Positions 46,391 to 55,198 of a stretch of 64,000 nt of DNA are shown here, in pieces. Origin of the DNA: Dehalococcoidales bacterium (GTDB taxonomy: Bacteria; Chloroflexota; Dehalococcoidia; Dehalococcoidales; Fen-1064); assembly GCA_016783135.1 (NCBI GenBank), contig JADHXC010000008.1:309-64308 (forward strand). Reading direction: 5' to 3'. The translations under genes and the position numbers were made by a program. The notes beneath the pieces are model-generated. The model did no database searches and was not told the DNA's origin. It was given only the letters and a program-made list of their open reading frames with translations. The first letter of the stretch is position 1. Each line of letters starts with the position of its first letter.

Positions 46391-47383
46391 TTAATTCAGT
46401 TCCAGGTTCAGGTTCCCCATGAACGGGTTTCGCCTGGGCTCCCCCGCCGCCTGCCAGTAGGCCAGCGCCCGGTCAATCTCCGCCAGCACCTTTTCCTTCT
46501 CCTCAGGGAACTTACCGTCGACCTCCCCCAGGTAGAAATTCCAGGCGAAATCGCTGGTAATCAACTCGGAGGTCACATCAAGGGCCTCCACAAACACACG
46601 TATTTCCTTCAGAACACCTTCGATAGACTGGACGTGGTATTCTTCGCGCCGGGCCTTCTCGTGTATCGGTGTCCCCGGAGCAGGATGGAAAGTACGCAGC
46701 CTGATGAACCGGGGATTGACCTCATTCAGCACCCGGGCCGAGTTCAGGGCATGCTGCTCCCAGCGCTCCCTGCCTCCCAACCCCGGCATAACGTACTCCG
46801 AGACCTCAAAACCAGCCTCGACCGCCTTCCTGCCGGCCTGTATCTGCTCCTCAGCGGTAACGCCCTTCTGAATATAGGCCAGGAGCTCGTCATCTCCGGT
46901 TTCCAGTCCGATGTGGAGTCGGGAAAGCCCCGCATCTCGCAACCGCTTCAGCTCTTCGGGCTTCTTCCGGTAAACGGTCTTTGCCCGGGCGTAGGTACAC
47001 ACCTTTTCCAGCGTGGGAAACGTCCCGCAGAGAAACTCCAGTATCCCGGCAAGAGGCTCGGTCTTCATTATCATGCTGTCCGAGTCCTGCAGAAATGCGT
47101 TCCTGACACCGTCATCCTGGAGCCAGAGGATACCGTTGAGCTGGGCAACCTGACCAACCGTATAACCGCCGCGTTCCGACCAGCGGTATGTTTCCTCCAC
47201 CAGCCTCCGGACAGCCAGGATTCCCTCCTTAACCTCCTCGATGGGACGTATCCGGAACTTCTGACCCTTGAAGACGGAGCAGAACTCGCACCGGTTCCAG
47301 GGGCAGTTCTCCGTGACCCTTACCAGCAGCGAATACGCCTCGGAAGGAGGCCTGATTGGACCGACCATGTACGGCATGCTCAT
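46391..47383 (-). CDS. radical SAM protein (subfamily not recognised)
   Basis: 330 aa. Cys triad ENCPWNRCEFC, LHIGLETGDDELL, PGLGG. Stop lies 12 nt before the DsbA-like start. Confidence 0.8.
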   Translation of the reverse strand: MSMPYMVGPIRPPSEAYSLLVRVTENCPWNRCEFCSVFKGQKFRIRPIEEVKEGILAVRRLVEETYRWSERGGYTVGQVAQLNGILWLQDDGVRNAFLQDSDSMIMKTEPLAGILEFLCGTFPTLEKVCTYARAKTVYRKKPEELKRLRDAGLSRLHIGLETGDDELLAYIQKGVTAEEQIQAGRKAVEAGFEVSEYVMPGLGGRERWEQHALNSARVLNEVNPRFIRLRTFHPAPGTPIHEKARREEYHVQSIEGVLKEIRVFVEALDVTSELITSDFAWNFYLGEVDGKFPEEKEKVLAEIDRALAYWQAAGEPRRNPFMGNLNLELN

Positions 47384-47529
47384 TTGTGGTTACCCAAAAT
47401 TACCTTATCGCTACAAGTCTACACACATGATACATCACCGGCTACTGACAGACAACGACGAGACTCCCCTGTTACGGCGCGGGCACTTTCTCCGCCAGCA
47501 CAAAGAGATGCCTCCATTCCCTGCACCGG

Positions 47530-47559
47530 TTGACGCAGACAAGCCCCACGGCCTATAAT
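47530..47559 (+). promoter_or_regulatory. sigma70-type promoter upstream of yceD-rpmF-fab genes
   Basis: TTGACG (47530-47535), 18 nt, TATAAT (47554-47559). Confidence 0.45.
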
Positions 47560-47660
47560 TAAGTCTGGTCACACAACTACTGCCGGTACCATGCAGCAGG
47601 TCCGCAGACCCACCAGAGGAAGTATCCCACACGTTCCCGGGAGGCAGGGAGCCAGGGCAG

Positions 47661-48179
47661 ATGCAGATAAATGTTTCCCAACAGCTCAAGGAAGCCATCG
47701 GTTCAACACGAAGCTACGATGTAGACGCAACGGTTGATATTGCCAACCAGGAGAGTCACGTCGAGGGTAGATTTAGTCTGGTCCGCACCGACCGGGGAAT
47801 CCTGGCCCGTGGTACCTTGCGTACAGAGATTGCGGTCACCTGCAGTCGCTGCCTGCGTTCGTGCCCCCTGGCACTAACCCTGGATGTTGAGGAGGAGTAC
47901 TATCCCACAACGGATGTGCTCACCGGAGCACCTCTGTCCCTGCCGGACCAGTCCGGTTACTTCACCATTGATGAACATCATATCCTTGACCTTACCGAGG
48001 CAATACGCCAGTACGCAGTACTGGCTATCCCGATGAAGCCGCTGTGCCAGGAGAATTGCACCGGTCTATGCCCCACGTGCGGTCACAACCTCAACCTGGG
48101 ACCGTGTGACTGTCCACAGCAGGAAATCGACCCCCGCTGGAGCGGACTACGCAAATTGGCCATGGCCGACAACACCTGA
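47661..48179 (+). CDS. yceD: YceD/DUF177 family protein
   Basis: 172 aa. Cys motif CQENCTGLCPTCGHNLN. Canonical position upstream of rpmF. Confidence 0.8.
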   Translation: MQINVSQQLKEAIGSTRSYDVDATVDIANQESHVEGRFSLVRTDRGILARGTLRTEIAVTCSRCLRSCPLALTLDVEEEYYPTTDVLTGAPLSLPDQSGYFTIDEHHILDLTEAIRQYAVLAIPMKPLCQENCTGLCPTCGHNLNLGPCDCPQQEIDPRWSGLRKLAMADNT

Positions 48180-48194
48180 AAATGACTAACGATG

Positions 48195-48223
48195 CCTGAC
48201 TATGCCCGAGGGGCATAGTCAGG
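48195..48223 (+). other. 13-bp perfect hairpin between yceD and rpmF
   Basis: CCTGACTATGCCC-GAG-GGGCATAGTCAGG. No U-tract follows; GGAAAGAAAGCG and the rpmF ATG at 48244 come next. Confidence 0.4.
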
Positions 48224-48243
48224 GGAAAGAAAGCGAGTAGACT

Positions 48244-48444
48244 ATGGGAGCCCTTCCAAAGAGAAAGATTTCCAAGGCACGTAAGGGAAGAAGGCGCAGC
48301 CATGACCAGCTGTCCGCCCCAGCCCTGGTAAGCTGCCCACAGTGCCACAGTCCGAGACTGCCACACCATGTCTGTCCCACGTGCGGCAGCTATGCAGGAC
48401 GGGAAGTCGTCGAAGTCAAGAGCCCGAAGCCGAAGACCAGCTAG
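48244..48444 (+). CDS. rpmF: 50S ribosomal protein L32
   Basis: 66 aa. ALPKRKISKARKGRRRSH N-terminus and CPQC...CPTCG zinc-ribbon form. Confidence 0.9.
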   Translation: MGALPKRKISKARKGRRRSHDQLSAPALVSCPQCHSPRLPHHVCPTCGSYAGREVVEVKSPKPKTS

Positions 48445-48457
48445 GGGAGGCCAGGCC

Positions 48458-49408
48458 TTGCTCAGGACCGCAATCTGTGACCTTTTCGGCATAGAGCATC
48501 CCATCATCCAGGGAGGGATGGCTCACCTCGGTACCGCCGAGCTTGTCTCGGCGGTCTCCAATGCCGGAGGGCTGGGCATTATCGGTGCCGGCTACTACCA
48601 GCCTGACTGGGTCAGGCAGCAGATACACCTCACCCGGGAACTCACCGACAGGCCCTTTGGCATCAACCTCCCGCTGACATCGCCGTATGCTGACGAGGTT
48701 ATCGCCATAATCCTCGAAGAGAAGGTATCCGTGGTCACCACCGGCGTCGGAGACCCCACGGCATTTGTGCCCGCTCTCAGAGAACTGGGGATGAAGGTAA
48801 TGCCGGTCGTGGCCGGCGTCAGGCCGGCACAGCGACTGGAGGAAGCCGGTGTCGATGCTATCGTTGCCGAGGGCATGGAATCGGGAGGGCACATCGGGGA
48901 AACGACGACGATGGCACTGGTGCCCCAGGTGGTCGACAGTGTCAGCATACCGGTGATTGCCGCCGGAGGTATTGCCGATGGGCGCGGTCTGGCGGCAGCA
49001 CTGGCCCTCGGTGCCCAGGGTGTACAAATCGGGACGCGATTCGCCTGTAGCGAGGAGTCCGTTGCCCACCCCCGCTACAAGCAGAAGGTCCTGGAGGCCC
49101 ATGACCGGTCCACGGTCATCACCGGCCGCACTACCAGCCTGCCTCTCCGTAGTCTGAAGAACAGCCTTACCGAGCAGTTCCTGGCACTGGAAGAGTCCGG
49201 GGTCTCGTCCGAGGAACTGAGTATGTTTGGCGAGGGCAGAATGCACCTCGGTCTGATTGACGGCGATGTCGACGATGGTTCGCTGCTGGCCGGGCAGATT
49301 GCCGGCATGATACATGAAATCAAGCCGGTCAGGATAATCATAGAAGAGATGGTGGCTGAAGCTGAAGCAGTGATAGCGCGCCTCAGAAGCCTGCAGACAG
49401 GTGGCTAA
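48458..49408 (+). CDS. fabK: enoyl-ACP reductase FabK (FMN, nitronate-monooxygenase fold)
   Basis: LFGIEHPIIQGGMAHLGTAELVSAVSNAGGLGIIGAG and AAGGIADGRG. TTG 48458 follows AGGGGAGG. The ORF-track start 48368 lies inside rpmF. Confidence 0.85.
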   Translation: MLRTAICDLFGIEHPIIQGGMAHLGTAELVSAVSNAGGLGIIGAGYYQPDWVRQQIHLTRELTDRPFGINLPLTSPYADEVIAIILEEKVSVVTTGVGDPTAFVPALRELGMKVMPVVAGVRPAQRLEEAGVDAIVAEGMESGGHIGETTTMALVPQVVDSVSIPVIAAGGIADGRGLAAALALGAQGVQIGTRFACSEESVAHPRYKQKVLEAHDRSTVITGRTTSLPLRSLKNSLTEQFLALEESGVSSEELSMFGEGRMHLGLIDGDVDDGSLLAGQIAGMIHEIKPVRIIIEEMVAEAEAVIARLRSLQTGG

Positions 49409-49410
49409 TA

Positions 49411-50346
49411 ATGGCCGATACAAAGAGAGTGGCTTATGTCTTTCCGGGGCAGGGTTCCCAGTCCGTCGGCATGGGACGTGACCTGTACGAGAGCTATCCC
49501 GCGGCGAGAACAGTTTTTGAACAGGCCGACGAAAGGCTGGGGTTCTCTCTCTCCGGGCTTTGCTTCGAAGGACCGGAGGACGAGCTCCGCAAGACAGTCA
49601 ATGCGCAACCGGCACTGGTCACGGTGAGCTTTGCCTGTCTGAAGGCGGCCCAGGAAACAGGCAAGGGTCTGCCGCCACCAGCCTTTGTGGCCGGCCACAG
49701 CCTCGGGGAGTACACCGCGCTGGCTGCGGCAGGCGTGCTTGACTTCGCCGATACCGTTTACCTCGCCCGCGAGAGGGGCCGTCTGATGTACCAGGCCGGG
49801 CTGGAACGACCCGGCACGATGGCGGCAATCATCGGACTGGATGAAGCGGTGTTATCCGAAATATGCCAGGAAACAGACACCCGGTTAGCCAATATCAACT
49901 GCCCCGGACAACTGGTAATCAGCGGGGCCACTGACAATATTACCAGAGCGGTAGAGATGGCCAGCGAGAAGGGTGCATCCCGCGCTATTCCTCTTCAGGT
50001 GAGTGGTGCTTTCCATACCCCCCTGATGCAGCCGGCCGTAGACGGAATGGCCGAGATTATTCCCACCCTGACCTTCCGTGAGCCCGCTGTACCCATAATC
50101 GCCAATACTTCCGCCCTCCCGATGACGTCTGCGGAGGCAGTCAAGTCAGAGCTACTGGAACAGCTATGCAACAGCGTTCAGTGGCAGGGTTCCATCGAGT
50201 ACATGATTAAGAACGGCATTACCAGCGTCATCGAAATCGGGCCCGGCAGGGTGCTTACCGGTCTGATGAGGCGCATAGACCGAAGCGTGGAGACGCTGAA
50301 CATCGGGGACGTCGGAGCCGTCCAGGCACTCACAGAGCAGTCCTGA
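49411..50346 (+). CDS. fabD: malonyl-CoA:ACP transacylase
   Basis: FPGQGSQ, active-site GHSLGEY, SGAFHTPLM. Confidence 0.9.
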   Translation: MADTKRVAYVFPGQGSQSVGMGRDLYESYPAARTVFEQADERLGFSLSGLCFEGPEDELRKTVNAQPALVTVSFACLKAAQETGKGLPPPAFVAGHSLGEYTALAAAGVLDFADTVYLARERGRLMYQAGLERPGTMAAIIGLDEAVLSEICQETDTRLANINCPGQLVISGATDNITRAVEMASEKGASRAIPLQVSGAFHTPLMQPAVDGMAEIIPTLTFREPAVPIIANTSALPMTSAEAVKSELLEQLCNSVQWQGSIEYMIKNGITSVIEIGPGRVLTGLMRRIDRSVETLNIGDVGAVQALTEQS

Positions 50347-50409
50347 CAGACCCTCTTGCCCCTCAGTAGTCCTGACGCTTTCAACAGCGGGTGAATCCGA
50401 AGTCGCAAT

Positions 50410-50452
50410 GTACTATACTATTGGTACGCAACGTACTATCAGTACGCAACGT
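50410..50452. repeat. GTAC-rich imperfect tandem repeat in the fabD-fabG spacer (candidate operator)
   Basis: GTACTAT-N7-GTACGCAAC (50410-50432) followed by GTACTAT-N2-GTACGCAAC (50433-50450). GTACGCAACGT occurs twice, 18 nt apart. GTACTATCAGTAC is a 5+3+5 palindrome. Confidence 0.5.
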
Positions 50453-50508
50453 CTCGGGCTGCCCTCATGGCCGCCCCGAGCCAGGAAATAGAGTTCAAGG
50501 AGCAGCAA

Positions 50509-51261
50509 ATGGATCTTTCCGATAGGGTAGCTATAGTCACCGGCAGCGGACGCGGTATCGGGGCGGCTATCGCCCTGAAACTGGCTGAAGTCGGTGCCAC
50601 CGTCGTCATTAACGACGTCGGTGATATGGGACCGGCTGAAGCCGTTGCCGAAGAAATCAGGAAAATGGGACGGCAGAGCCTGGTGATTCCCGCCGATATC
50701 AGCGATTCAAGTGAAGTCGCCCGTATGGTAGAGACTGTCACCAGTAACTACGGGAAAATCGATATCCTGATAAACAACGCCGGTATAACCAGGGACCAGC
50801 TCATAATGCGCATGTCGGATGACGATTGGGACAGCGTGCTTGGCGTCAACTTGAAGAGCGTATTCCTCTGCACCCGGGCGGTACTGAGACCCATGATGAA
50901 GCAGCACTGGGGGAGAATCGTCAGTATTGCCAGCATCGTCGGTCTCATCGGGAATGCGGGACAGGCGAACTACGCCTCAGCGAAGGCGGGTATCATCGGT
51001 TTCACCCGCACCGTCGCCAAGGAAGCAGCCTCCCGCGGGATTACGGCCAACGCGGTAGCTCCCGGCTTCATAGACACCCCGATGACGCAGCACTTACCCG
51101 AAGAGCGCAGGCAGGCTATGGCCGACCAGATACTACTCGGCTACCTGGGCACCCCCCGGGATGTCGCCGAAGCGGTGGCTTTCCTCGCCTCCGAGGAAGC
51201 GCGCTATATCACCGGGCAGGTACTCACGGTAGATGGGGGAATCTCGCTGGGGAAGATGTAA
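50509..51261 (+). CDS. fabG: 3-oxoacyl-ACP reductase
   Basis: Starts MDLSDRVAIVTGSGRGIG after AAGGAG. SDR motifs NNAG and YASAKAG. Confidence 0.9.
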   Translation: MDLSDRVAIVTGSGRGIGAAIALKLAEVGATVVINDVGDMGPAEAVAEEIRKMGRQSLVIPADISDSSEVARMVETVTSNYGKIDILINNAGITRDQLIMRMSDDDWDSVLGVNLKSVFLCTRAVLRPMMKQHWGRIVSIASIVGLIGNAGQANYASAKAGIIGFTRTVAKEAASRGITANAVAPGFIDTPMTQHLPEERRQAMADQILLGYLGTPRDVAEAVAFLASEEARYITGQVLTVDGGISLGKM

Positions 51262-51290
51262 GTAGTCTCAAACAAAGGGCAAGAAAGAAA

Positions 51291-51314
51291 GGGGCAGGGC
51301 TAACGCCCTGCCCC
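51291..51314. terminator. bidirectional intrinsic terminator
   Basis: GGGGCAGGGC-TAAC-GCCCTGCCCC, a 10-bp stem. The minus strand continues TTTCTTTCTTGCCCTTTGTTT. It sits between convergent fabG and the secreted-protein gene. Confidence 0.6.
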
Positions 51315-51341
51315 CCTCTTAGGTTAGAGTGAAAGCTCAGG

Positions 51342-51971
51342 CTACCACTTTCCGAGACCCGGTCCAGATGGAGATATGTACTGTGCACCATGAACTCCAC
51401 TCCCCGGGTCATTCTCAATCTGCTGGATGATGGCGAATTCACCCCAGATAACCGGACCGATCTCAGTGCCATCCGCAGTGTACCACGTTCCACCGTCCAC
51501 ATAGGCACCAACCGGAGCGGCCACTATCTTGACGAAGTAGTTCCACTTGATTACTTCGCCATCGAGCTCATAGGTGCCTGACTGGTGATTGGTCAGCCAG
51601 GCTCCCGAGCCGATGTAGCTGGGATACCCTGCGTGCCTGTCCAGCAGACCATCGTCATCACAGTCCCTGTTGCTCAGCCAGGCATCGTTCCACTTCATCA
51701 TCAGGCGGACATCTCTGTAGTCCTGGCACCAAGCTGCGTCACGGTAGGAATCACAGTAGAAGCCATTGAACAGGTGGGCCTGGTAATTGTAGCCCCACTC
51801 ATCAAAGCCCACGGTGATGACTACCCCGTCAGACCTGAGCAACGTGCCATCCTGAATCGTGGTGCAATCACACTTCTCTGGTTTGCCTTTTTCGTTCCCA
51901 GCCGCCGTCGGCAGTGCCAAAAGACTGAGCAACAACACCGCCGTAACCACACCCAGAATAATCCTCTTCAT
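51342..51971 (-). CDS. secreted Cys-containing hypothetical protein
   Basis: 209 aa. Signal peptide MKRIILGVVTAVLLLSLLALPTAAG. Six Cys (CDC, YCDSY...WCQDY, NRDCDDDG), Trp/Tyr/Gly-rich. No family recognised. Confidence 0.6.
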   Translation of the reverse strand: MKRIILGVVTAVLLLSLLALPTAAGNEKGKPEKCDCTTIQDGTLLRSDGVVITVGFDEWGYNYQAHLFNGFYCDSYRDAAWCQDYRDVRLMMKWNDAWLSNRDCDDDGLLDRHAGYPSYIGSGAWLTNHQSGTYELDGEVIKWNYFVKIVAAPVGAYVDGGTWYTADGTEIGPVIWGEFAIIQQIENDPGSGVHGAQYISPSGPGLGKW

Positions 51972-52295
51972 TTTCTTCTCACCTCATTTTCTTGCATTTG
52001 CGGGTAGCTCCTCAAGTGGGAGCGTATCCGGGTTCCTTTGTGGTCGGGTGCAGGGTTCGTTTCCCTTTAGACATCACCGCCCTTTGCTGCGGGCAAGTAT
52101 ACCGTTGTCAACTTTTACGCAAGTGTTCAGTAGTGATGCGGACATCAGCATGGCACAACTCTACCAGTTTGTCAATAGCTGAGAGGCTCTATTTACTCCG
52201 GTAATACCCGTTACTGACAGAAGGCCGGAATTGACCTCGTACCGCACTTCTGCTAAAGTCAGTTAGTAGGACAGACAGACGAGGGGACTACCAGC

Positions 52296-52706
52296 ATGCC
52301 GGGAGCACGGCGTAGAGCAAGAATGGTCGCCTTCCAGGCCCTGTGCGAAATCAGCTCCGCCGGGCATAATGCGGAAAAGGCCCTGGATCACCTCCTGGCT
52401 GAAAGCGACCTCTCAGAGGCGAACAAGGACTTTGCCCGGGAACTCGTCAACGGCAGCACACGAAACCAGGAGCAAATTGACGAGCATATTCGGCGTTTTG
52501 CCTCTGCCTGGCCGCTGGAGCAGCTCTCGGTAGTTGACAGAAGCATACTGAGACTGGCAATATATGAAATGCTACTGGAGAGTAAGGTCCCGGTCAAGGT
52601 AGCCATTAATGAGGCAGTTGAACTCGCCAAGACATTTGGCAGTGACAGTTCTTCAAGGTTCGTGAACGGGGTCCTGGGTGCAGTGAGCACTCTCGTCAGC
52701 AGATGA
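52296..52706 (+). CDS. nusB: transcription antitermination factor NusB
   Basis: 136 aa. RRRARMVAFQALC, RLAIYEML, INEAVELAK, FVNGVL. Confidence 0.85.
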   Translation: MPGARRRARMVAFQALCEISSAGHNAEKALDHLLAESDLSEANKDFARELVNGSTRNQEQIDEHIRRFASAWPLEQLSVVDRSILRLAIYEMLLESKVPVKVAINEAVELAKTFGSDSSSRFVNGVLGAVSTLVSR

Positions 52707-52730
52707 CTAATTTCCGGAAGGAGGTAGAAA

Positions 52731-52991
52731 GTGGCAACTATACTAGAACGCGTACGGAAGATAGTCGCGGAGCAACTCGGCGTTGGTGAGAGCGATGCGC
52801 TGCCTTCGTCCAGTTTCGTCGATGACCTGGGCGCCGATTCTCTGGACCTGGTAGAGCTGGTAATGTCTCTCGAGGAGGAGTTCAGTACCACGGACAAGAA
52901 GGTCGAGATACCTGACGAAGACGCCGAGAAGATTCTCACCGTTCAGAACGCCGTAGACTACATTACTGACCTGGGTATTAAAGACGAATAG
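52731..52991 (+). CDS. acpP: acyl carrier protein
   Basis: 86 aa with a GTG start after GGAAGGAGG. Phosphopantetheine site [20 protein letters not shown]. Confidence 0.9.
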   Translation: MATILERVRKIVAEQLGVGESDALPSSSFVDDLGADSLDLVELVMSLEEEFSTTDKKVEIPDEDAEKILTVQNAVDYITDLGIKDE

Positions 52992-53004
52992 TCGAGGAGC
53001 CGTT

Positions 53005-53709
53005 GTGATAAGAGCGGTCTTTTTCGACTGGTTCGGCACACTGGCGCAATATCATCCGCCCCGCGAGCAACTACTAAGCCAAGTTCTTGAGGAGCTTGGC
53101 TTAAACGTGTCACCTGATGATATCCGGCCCGCCCTGGTGGTCGCAGACAGGGAGTTCTACGAAGAGAACGCTGCTGCGTCATGGCAGGACATGACTGGCG
53201 AGGAGCGGACGAACATGTTTATCCGCCAGCAGCAAAGGATGCTGGCAAGGGCCGGTGTCCAGGTCTCAGGAGATATGCCCTATAAAATCTTAGCCCGGAC
53301 GCGCGAATTGTACGCCGGGCTCAAATTCGTCCTCTTCGATGACGTGCTGGACACCATGAAAGCCCTGAAGAAACGCGACCTCACCCTCGGTCTGCTGACC
53401 AACCTCAACCGGGATATAAACTCACTATGTCGTGAACTGGGCATGGAGCCCTATCTTGATTTCACGGTAACTTCCGCTGAAGTGGGAGCGGAAAAACCCC
53501 ATCCCCCTGTGTTCCTTGCCGCCCTGGAGCACGCTTCCGTGACCGCTGAACAGGCACTGCACGTCGGTGACCAGTACAGTGTCGACGTCGTCGGTGCCAG
53601 GAACCTGGGTATCAACCCGGTACTCCTCGACCGCGACGATGTCTACCCGGAAGTGAACGACTGCCCTCGAATCCGCACGCTAGGCGAAGTGACCGCTTAC
53701 CTCGACTAG
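53005..53709 (+). CDS. HAD-superfamily hydrolase
   Basis: Motif I VFFDWFGTL, motif II LLTN, motif III/IV GAEKP...HVGD. Confidence 0.75.
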   Translation: MIRAVFFDWFGTLAQYHPPREQLLSQVLEELGLNVSPDDIRPALVVADREFYEENAAASWQDMTGEERTNMFIRQQQRMLARAGVQVSGDMPYKILARTRELYAGLKFVLFDDVLDTMKALKKRDLTLGLLTNLNRDINSLCRELGMEPYLDFTVTSAEVGAEKPHPPVFLAALEHASVTAEQALHVGDQYSVDVVGARNLGINPVLLDRDDVYPEVNDCPRIRTLGEVTAYLD

Positions 53710-53822
53710 CCACACTCGCCCCGCCAGGAATTATCCGGGTGTATTCCAGCCACACAATCACTGCTACTATTAACCGCTTTTCCCGGCTATACCGCCCCAG
53801 GCAGGAGCGCCCCCTGAAACCT

Positions 53823-55133
53823 TCAGGCTATGGTCCCTTCTTCTTTGAGTCGCGCGATATCCTCCCAGCTATAGCCCAACTCCAGAAGAATCTCCTCAGT
53901 GTGCTGGCTGAACTCCGGAGACGGGAGTCGGTAGGTGGCCGGGGTCTCACTGAGATTAACGGGATTGGCGATTACCTTCATCGGCCCGTATGTCGGGTGG
54001 TCAACGGGCAGGAACATGTTGTTCGCCTCTGCCTGGACATCATTGACAACATCCACGGTGTTTTGCATGGGAGCGTATGGCAACCCGACCAGGTGAGGTG
54101 TCCATTCATCCAGAGTCCTGGTGAGAAAGGCGTCTCGCAGGATAGAGTATAGCTCACCGTTGTTCTCGGTCCTGGCCTCACTTGATATAAACCTCGGGTC
54201 TTCCTCAAGGTCAGGGCGCTCGATTACGCGGCAGAACTCCGCCCAGAACCGGTCCGACTGCAGCGCATTGAAACCGATTACCTTGCCGTCTTTCGTGGTG
54301 TAACGATTCGCCAGGGGATTGGGTGAGTTCTCACGATAGAACTCGCCGAGACGGGTTATTGCTTCCTGGGCTTCACCGATAAGCTCGTCCCGGCGCTTCT
54401 TCAGCTCTTCATCCAGCACCTCGGGGGGATTGAGCCTGTACTCCACGATATCCTGCCCGGTAGCCAGGGCGGCCGAAACGTCGAAGGTCAACTGGTAGAT
54501 GCCGGTATGCAATAAGGAAATGTCAATCTCCTGGCCTATCCCGGTCTTGTCACGGTGGTAGAGGGCCATCACAATGCCGAAGGCAAGCCCGAGACCGGCA
54601 ACAACATCACCGAACGCCGGTCGTGGGGCTGGTCCCGAGAGTCCGGGGACGGTCAGAGTGCTTGTAACCCCTGACCTCCCCCAGTAGACGGTGGTATCAT
54701 AGGCCGGGGTCTCACGGTTGGGCCCTTGTTTGCCGTGCCCGGTCAGGCAGCCGTAGATGATCTTCGGGTTGATGCGACGCAGGGCATCGTAGCTCACCCC
54801 GTGTTTCTCCTTCTCCGGGAGACGCAGGTTGGTTACGAAGACATCCGTCTCTTTGACTAGCTGGTAGATTATGCTCCGCCCCGACTCATGGGAAATGTCC
54901 ACCGCCAGGCTGCGCTTGTTACGGTTGAAGGCTTCCCAGTTGTAGTTGATTTCAGAGGGTACACCGGCACCGCCACCAAATCCCGCCTGAAGCGCCCTCC
55001 AGGAATCGCCCCTGGTGGCGTGCTCCACGTGAATCACATCCGCACCAAAGTCACCCAGATGCCGGGCACACATGGGTACAGCGGCCACCTGGGAAACGTC
55101 CAGAACCTTGATACCTTCCAGTACAGCCTTCAT
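53823..55133 (-). CDS. family III (CaiB/BaiF) CoA-transferase, paralog 1
   Basis: Starts MKAVLEGIKVLDVSQVAAVPMCARHLGDFGADVIHVE. ATG 55133 follows GGAGAG; the ORF-track TTG at 55148 is less likely. Confidence 0.85.
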   Translation of the reverse strand: MKAVLEGIKVLDVSQVAAVPMCARHLGDFGADVIHVEHATRGDSWRALQAGFGGGAGVPSEINYNWEAFNRNKRSLAVDISHESGRSIIYQLVKETDVFVTNLRLPEKEKHGVSYDALRRINPKIIYGCLTGHGKQGPNRETPAYDTTVYWGRSGVTSTLTVPGLSGPAPRPAFGDVVAGLGLAFGIVMALYHRDKTGIGQEIDISLLHTGIYQLTFDVSAALATGQDIVEYRLNPPEVLDEELKKRRDELIGEAQEAITRLGEFYRENSPNPLANRYTTKDGKVIGFNALQSDRFWAEFCRVIERPDLEEDPRFISSEARTENNGELYSILRDAFLTRTLDEWTPHLVGLPYAPMQNTVDVVNDVQAEANNMFLPVDHPTYGPMKVIANPVNLSETPATYRLPSPEFSQHTEEILLELGYSWEDIARLKEEGTIA

Positions 55134-55198
55134 CCCGGTTCTCTCCAATCTTCTTTATCATTCATTGGTTAGATACGAGTTGTAGCAGCATGACATCC

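Noticed and set aside
46154-47533. 459-aa plus-strand ORF, the longest unassigned ORF in the track.
   Set aside because: It lies antisense to a radical SAM gene with clear motifs (CPWNRCEFC, LHIGLETGDDELL) and to the DsbA-like N-terminus. Its translation is Pro/Arg/Leu/Gly-rich low-information sequence, typical of antisense frames in GC-rich coding DNA.
48416-49423. 335-aa minus-strand ORF. Similar long antisense ORFs are 57049..57885 (+), 38858..39514 (-), 31380..32195 (-), 36511..37227 (-), 23867..24535 (-) and 12979..13530 (-).
   Set aside because: Each is antisense to a confidently recognised gene (fabK, CoA-transferase, carboxyltransferase, acsB/acsC, thiolase, fhs, DUF4340/GldG). None shows recognisable motifs or an SD.
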